Made by a program: the position numbers and the translations under genes
Shown: positions 58,045 through 64,000 of the stretch, piece by piece
How positions within the stretch are numbered: the first letter of the stretch is position 1
Layout of the letters: every line of letters begins with the position of its first letter
From: the human T2T-CHM13v2.0 reference genome, Homo sapiens
DNA length: 64,000 nucleotides
Strand: one strand, 5' to 3'
Assembly (NCBI RefSeq): GCF_009914755.1
Contig: NC_060928.1
The notes under the pieces: generated by a model
What the model was told of the DNA's origin: nothing
The model's input: only the letters and a program-made list of their open reading frames with translations
The model's database searches: none

Positions 58045-58647
58045 ACCACATACCATGCTACCCAGAGTTAGCCAATGTATAAGATTTGCGGACATAGTCC
58101 TCAGACTGCCAGGTCTGCTCAAGGTGTCTAACACCAACTGCAAGTTTGGGGATATCCCCAAATTACCCTCAGCTTGGAGAGTTTGCTGGAAGGACTCCCT
58201 GAACTCACTGAAAGCTATGTGTTCTGTTATAGTTTATTACAAGGAAAGGATACATTAAAATCACACAAGGGAAGAGATGCATGGGACAGAATCTGGAAGC
58301 GTTCTGAATGTTCATCAAAGTCTTTGATGAACCTGGAAAGTTCACCTGAGCCATGGGGTCTAGAGCTTTTATTGGCACTGTACTACTTGGGCATGATTAG
58401 TTGATTACCCATGTGGTTGAACTCAGGCTCCAGCCACCCCCTCCATGGGTCAAGCTGGTTTTCTGTGGCTTGAGGGGCCTACCACGAGTCATTTTCTAGA
58501 ATAATGAATTATCAAGTGTGAGCCAAGGGCAAGCTATGAATTTCAAAGACCTTCGTACCAGAAATTTTAAGAGTTTAGAGGTTACCTCCCACGAGCTGTG
58601 GAGAAGGTCCAGAGCTCTTTTTGGGCAAGGTCAAATTCTTTACTACA
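58045..58647 (-). mobile_element. MER21C-like LTR
   Basis: acaccaactgcaagtttgggg..ggaaggactc..gaactcactgaaagct..gggaagagatgcatggg...ttagaggttacctccca...tttgggcaaggtcaaattctttactaca. Confidence 0.78.
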
Positions 58648-58679
58648 TCCAGCCCAATGATAAACAATCTGTCTTTATC

Positions 58680-58860
58680 TTCCCATTTAATCCTCAGAAA
58701 TTTGTGAATAAGCATTATTATTATTATTATTATTTCGATTGTATCTTGAAGAAACAGAGACTTAGAGTAACTAACCCACGATTGCATAATAGTGAAGCTG
58801 GGATAAGAACAAGTTTTGTCTGACTCCAAAGCCTGAGCTCTTAACCACTGTGCAGTGCAG
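58680..58860 (-). mobile_element. MIR with internal (TTA)n
   Basis: catttaatcctca...gaagaaacagagacttagag...tgtctgactccaaagcctgagctcttaaccactgtgc. Confidence 0.75.
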
Positions 58861-58924
58861 TTGCCAGGTGTTCAGGATTTGTGATACCACTCAAGATATA
58901 CCAAGATAAAAATGGCATGGTCCA

Positions 58925-59415
58925 TGTATCTATCAGGGGCCTGGCAGGAAACATATGGCCTATATACTCTTCCGAATTCAAAAGACTTTGATGAAACGAC
59001 CATTTTCAAAAGTGCAAACAATAGCACAGGTTGGTGCTCTATCCTGGTGCTAGCAATAATGAGGCACTGTTAGCAACCCTAGTCCTGAACATGAATGGAG
59101 TCAGTGATTCCTGGATCTCAGAGACAGTAGGCCCAACTACTGGGTAGAAGCTGTGGCCTCTGGTAGGGAAACACAAATACAGCCAATACACAATCCAGTT
59201 AGGAGAGAGGAATTGAGAGCTCTGGTAAAAACACTCCAACCTAAACTTCTTTCCTTCTTCAGATTTCCCCCCAGTGTCTCCCATTGGCTGAAATCTCCAG
59301 GGAGCCTGGAGCAAAAGAGCTTATGGATATAGTCTATACATAGTCCTGGACACAAATCAGGGTTGAAACATGTGGAGAGTTGATCTGGAGGGATAAATAA
59401 AAAAATATTCTGCAC
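58925..59415 (-). mobile_element. LTR33-like ERVL solo LTR
   Basis: cagggg.ctggcaggaaacatatggc...ccagtgtctcccattggctgaa...ggagagttgatctggaggga..aatattctgcac. Confidence 0.6.
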
Positions 59416-60699
59416 TCCTCTGCTCACCACAAACTCAAGTATAATAGGGTAAAAAATAAATACATACATAATGGCAACTCACAGAATAAACATCATCTTT
59501 AACAAAGATAGTAAGAATGGGATTAGGTGCAGTAGAAGGGCTGAAAAAAATCATCAACCAGCAGAAACACTTGCATCTTTTCTTGAAGGACAAATAGATT
59601 ACTATCTGAGCAGGAGAAGGATGGTCATGCTCGAAGAATTTTTTTTTAAATAGGCAAGACAGGGAGGCTTGAAACAATGAAAAGAACTGTACAATGTTCA
59701 TCAGGCTTGGTATGGACTGTTGGGGGAAGCAGCTAGTGATGAGGTTGTGAAGTTAGAGCCAGACAGGGAGGGACTTCAAGTACCTTATTAAGTAAAGAGT
59801 GTCTTAATCCCCTTAACGCCATGAGAAACAGTCCATAATTTTATGATAATATTTTAATTTAAGAAACTCCTTCTGGCAGTTTGGAAGATAAATTAGAGAC
59901 ATATGATTTGGTGGCAAAAGATCTGTTAGGAGACTATTGCAATAGTTTGGGTAAGAACCACAGAAGATGTAGTATAGGGAAAGGGTCTGATGAGCTTCCT
60001 GGATGCAGAGGAAGACAGCATGGAGCACATGCAAATCACTGCATGACGTGGAACCAGGATCACTTAGGAGGCTGATGACACAATGAAAAGGAAGGTCACT
60101 GCTAACAGCATGTGACAACAGTACTCAGATATTTAAGTATTAAGCATTTGAAAAGATGAGCATTTGTTCATCAACATCACACCATAAGACACTCTTTCCT
60201 TATCTCCTTATCTCCTGATAAAGAAGTCTTAAAGAGAGACTTTTAGTAGATGATGTTGGATATGGGCATCTGAAGTCTAAATGGCCATGGATTTATAAAA
60301 TTGTAAGATCAGTAGAAAAAGGAAAAGTGATTAGATGATGGACCAATAAATGATGAAAAAAACTTAACAGCAGTGGAAGAACTTTTGAGTTGTATAGAAA
60401 ACCTTTGTACTCTAAAGAATGAACCCTCAGTAGTCATGAACGTGAAAATGGAAAACTATTTTTAGTGGTTCTATAAGCACTATTCAGAAGGAAGCTGCAA
60501 AACTGACCCACTTTGGGATTTATTTATCTAACAAACTTTGATCCAGCACCTGTTACGTACCAGGCATTATTATACTGTATTTTAGGTTAGAGCGGATTAG
60601 ATTCTCTCTCTGATCCTTATAAAGACTTAAACTTTACTACAATTATTATATTATTATCTCATAATATAAAAAGATTCTGATTCTATTCCCTATTCCTAT

Positions 60700-60905
60700 C
60701 CAGGCAGAGTTACCAGCTACAGTGATGCAGTTTATTCACTGCCAAAATATGCCTGCCTTAGGGAGTGAGTCAGGGCCAAAATCCCTCACTGCATGCGAGT
60801 CATGACTCAGGCTGACATTTACCTAGAGGAGAGAAGGATCACATTTCACTGTTATTCGTCCAGAAAAGTTCCTTTTTCCTAATTTACAAAAAGGCTGATG
60901 CCTGG
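60700..60905 (+). mobile_element. MER91A-like hAT-Tip100 MITE, degenerate
   Basis: gcagtttattcactgc...gggagtgagtcagggccaaaatcc...cctttttcctaatttacaaaaaggc. Confidence 0.45.
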
Positions 60906-61714
60906 CCCAAATTTAAGGTCCCACTGAGAACGGAGACTTGGCCAAGATGCCATCCAGTTTACTGTGCTCCCCACAGCCTGTCTAGCTCTCTCTTGCCAAC
61001 CAGGATCCTCTTCCCCAAAGTTCCACGGATGGAGCTCTAGTTCCTTGACTTCTAGTTGATCTTCTGCTCGGAATAGACTGATTATCCCAAAGCTATCCAG
61101 GTACCTGTAGTCTCTGCTACACTCTCAGAGCATTTACACCAAAAATAGGCAGTTCCAACGTGTCTTTGGTATAGGATTTGCTAAGTCGTGAGTGATGTAC
61201 ATTTGAAGTAGTCCCTGGCTCAGAGTGCCTAGATATGGAACTTTCTGTCAGATATTGACAACCTGAGATGATTTGAGGGCAAGGGATGGGTGGGGAACTG
61301 GTTGCTACAGGTGTGAAAGCATTAACTCTGGTCTCACTTTGTCCACCACTTCCTGAGTTTGGAAACTGAAAGCATGGCCATTTAGAACCTCTGTTCCCTG
61401 GAAGCTAAGAGCCAGATCATAATTCTTCATAGAAGGCTGATGAGGCTTCCCAGTACCCTCTTCATTAAGCTCCTCTGTCTCCCTACCTCCCTCATTCCCT
61501 ACCCTTAGTCCCAACACCAAACCATATTTCCACAGCCCCACTCAGGCAATCTGAACCCTTTCTGGCTAATTCCAAAATTGCCAGGAGATTTGTTTCTGAT
61601 AAAAGAAACTCACTCTCTGATGTTGCTTCTAGGTGCCTTTTCTTAATAAATAGGCAAGATCATGACATGCATCTTAGCCACATAAGAAATTAGTAGAAAA
61701 TGAACAAAATCAAA

Positions 61715-61915
61715 ACAGCACGGGCTTCAGGGTCAGACAGAACTGAGTTCAGTGCTAGAATAGCTAATTATTAGCTGTGTGTCCTTGAACAAGTTACTTC
61801 ACATCTCTGAGTCTCAATTTCAAAACATGTAATATTGAGGGTACCAATAATTATCTCCAAGTGTTGTCATGAAGATGAAAGTAGGGTCCCCTACAAAAAG
61901 TGCCCCATGTAGTTG
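61715..61915 (+). mobile_element. MIR
   Basis: cagcacgggcttcagggtcagacagaactgagttc...ttagctgtgtgtccttgaacaagttacttcacatctctgagtctcaattt. Confidence 0.8.
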
Positions 61916-63430
61916 CTGGCAAAGAAGAAGTACTGGATGAAGCACTTGGAGGAATTGGAAAGACTACCTCTGCCTGGCTTGTTTCCTTATCCAAAAGGAG
62001 CCCACAGAGCAGCTGATTCCAGAGAGAATTCACTGATGAATTTGTACGCTGACTTCCCCCATCTGATAGTATGCAACAAAGGAATAATACTTATGTAGAT
62101 ATGTGTTTGAAGCACCATTTGCCATCAACATGAACATAAAGAACCTATTAGACTCTAAATACCTCATGTAAGCTAAATTACTCATCTGCACACTGTGGCA
62201 AAGACTTGCCTTGGAATTAGGCACTCAACTTCTAAGTCTGGCTCTGCCTGTCATCAATCATGTGTCCTCGGATCAGTCACACCCTTGCAAAATCACAACT
62301 TTGCAAACAAATGTTTGCAAGAAACAGATAAAATCATTGATGTGGGATACAACATAGAGAAGAGGCTCAATATATTAGAATTCTCTACAGTTTTTTTGTA
62401 GATCAATAGTGCCAAATTTACAAACTGTGAGATGACACCAACTGTACCCTGAACTGTTATTTCAAATCCTTTATTCTTCAGTATGTTTTGGGAAAAGGGC
62501 TTGTTGATATTTGGACATGTTTACAACATGGTTTTGTTTTATGGGCTGCCAGTACTAAATGTTGTCTGTATGCACGTTCATCTTGTTTTTATTTGAGCTT
62601 TTGCATAAACTTCTCTTCTATGTGGATTTGACCTTTTCAAAGCCCCATTCTCCAAGTGTTTGAGACAAGATGAGGATATGTAGAGTGATGAAGCTGAACT
62701 CACGCCTTTTAGACTGAGAGGGGAGTGAGCCCAGGCAATTGGGTTCCATGCCAGGAAAGCCTATTAAAATATCAAATGAGGAGTTCATGACAGGTTTAAC
62801 TAGGTTCTTGTGGCATACCTCCAAATCTTAACTTAGTTAGGCTGGGTTTTGGCTGAAACAAACCAGCTGTCACAAGCTGTGCGAGACCATTAATTATGTA
62901 CGTGAGCATTGATAAATTAATGCCTGATGGCTAAAAAAATTAGGGGTTCTTGTTTTGTTTAATGCACCCTCTTCCCACCTTTAATGGAGTTCCATGAGAA
63001 AATTACATTGTACAACAAGTTGATGGAGCTACAGTGAATAAAATGAACAGTAACAAATGCATGGCATAGATCTCACTGCTAAAGAATGAATGTTGGACTC
63101 ATGTTCCTAATAGGTTACTCTTACAGTGGAGCACCTATCCTGGCATTTTAGAAGGTTGTCCTGGGAGATCGTTCTTAATGGGTCAGGCGGGCTTATAATG
63201 AGGCCATTTTTTATATTTTACTAACCAAGAAACTTTGGACCTGTTCCAAAAATACAACAACTTATTCTGAATATCTGCACTATAATGATAATAGCCTATA
63301 TTTACCGAGCAGTTATGGAGTACCAGGCAATTGCAAAGCCTGGAGATTATCCTAGTAATTATAATATGATATTAATAACATGTAAGTAACGAGAGAATAC
63401 ACTGAGGCAGGACATCCTATGACCTAAAAC

Positions 63431-63540
63431 GAGAGGAGAGGAGAGGAGGGGAGGGGAGGGGAGGGGAGGGGAGGGGAGAGGAGAGGAGAGGAGAGAGGAG
63501 AGAAGGGAAGGGAAGGGAGGAGAGGGGAGGGGAGGGGAGG
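63431..63540. repeat. Pure polypurine pentamer repeat (GGAGA/GGGGA/GGGAA)n
   Basis: About 110 nt containing only G and A on the + strand. Confidence 0.95.
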
Positions 63541-63767
63541 CCTTTGTGTATTTCAGTCTTATGCTTGATATTGCAGGGGGTCAGCTGAGTTTGGGCCAAC
63601 ACTAGCTGGTACAGTTCCCCTTGAAATGTCAGAGTTCTCCAGACAAAGAAAAATCATTCCTGATATTTCATTTCTGACATATTACTAGGGATGACAGCCA
63701 GCCGACGTGAGTAGACAGTGAGATATGGTTACTAGAATTTGATTTCATGCTAATAATTTAGAATCCA

Positions 63768-64000
63768 TGGTAGACTGATTGTAATAATGGCTCCTTTTCT
63801 CATCCCTCAATGTAAATCATTCCCTTTGCCACATAATTTTGCAGTCCTACTCATTACAGAGAGATAAAGTCTATTTCGCCCAAAATTGAATATGGTTGGC
63901 ATTGTGACTTGCTAAGGCCAATAGAAGGCAGCAGAAGTGACCATACCCAGTTTTGAGCTTAAGCCTTAGGAAATCTTCTTGAACTTATGCAACTGCCATG
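63768..64000 (+). mobile_element. MLT1 (H/G-type) LTR, runs off the window end
   Basis: tggtagactgattg..aatggctcc...tgtgacttgctaaggccaatagaa...gaagtgac..ccagttttgagcttaagcctt. Confidence 0.75.

Overview
Human genomic DNA that is repeat-dense and non-coding (intergenic or deep intronic). The human assignment rests on Alu J/S/Y elements and on an AluYb8 copy that matches my recalled consensus. I found no credible host protein-coding exon, rRNA, tRNA, CpG island or CRISPR array. Nearly all ORFs in the supplied track are Alu-, L1-, Tigger- or chance-derived. A large part of the window is transposable-element sequence: about 20 Alus; L1PA/PB/MA/MB/MC/ME fragments; L2 and MIR relics; solo LTRs (MLT1, MLT2, THE1, MER21, LTR33/41-like); and DNA transposons (Tigger1, Tigger3d, MER82, Charlie4a, MER113, MER58A, MER20, MER81, MER5). 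The most notable items are: (1) a ~290-bp nuclear copy of mitochondrial ND5 (NUMT) that is still in one open frame; (2) a five-level nested insertion Charlie4a>L1MC>AluJ>AluY>AluYb8 whose innermost copy is very young; (3) a near full-length Tigger1 inside MER113; (4) an old L1 with an in-frame deletion of the reverse-transcriptase (RT) core; (5) an intact MLT2A solo LTR with degenerate DUX4-type sites and a GATA short tandem repeat (STR). I do not see evidence for a new biological system. Subfamily names come from recalled consensus sequences and need RepeatMasker/Dfam confirmation.
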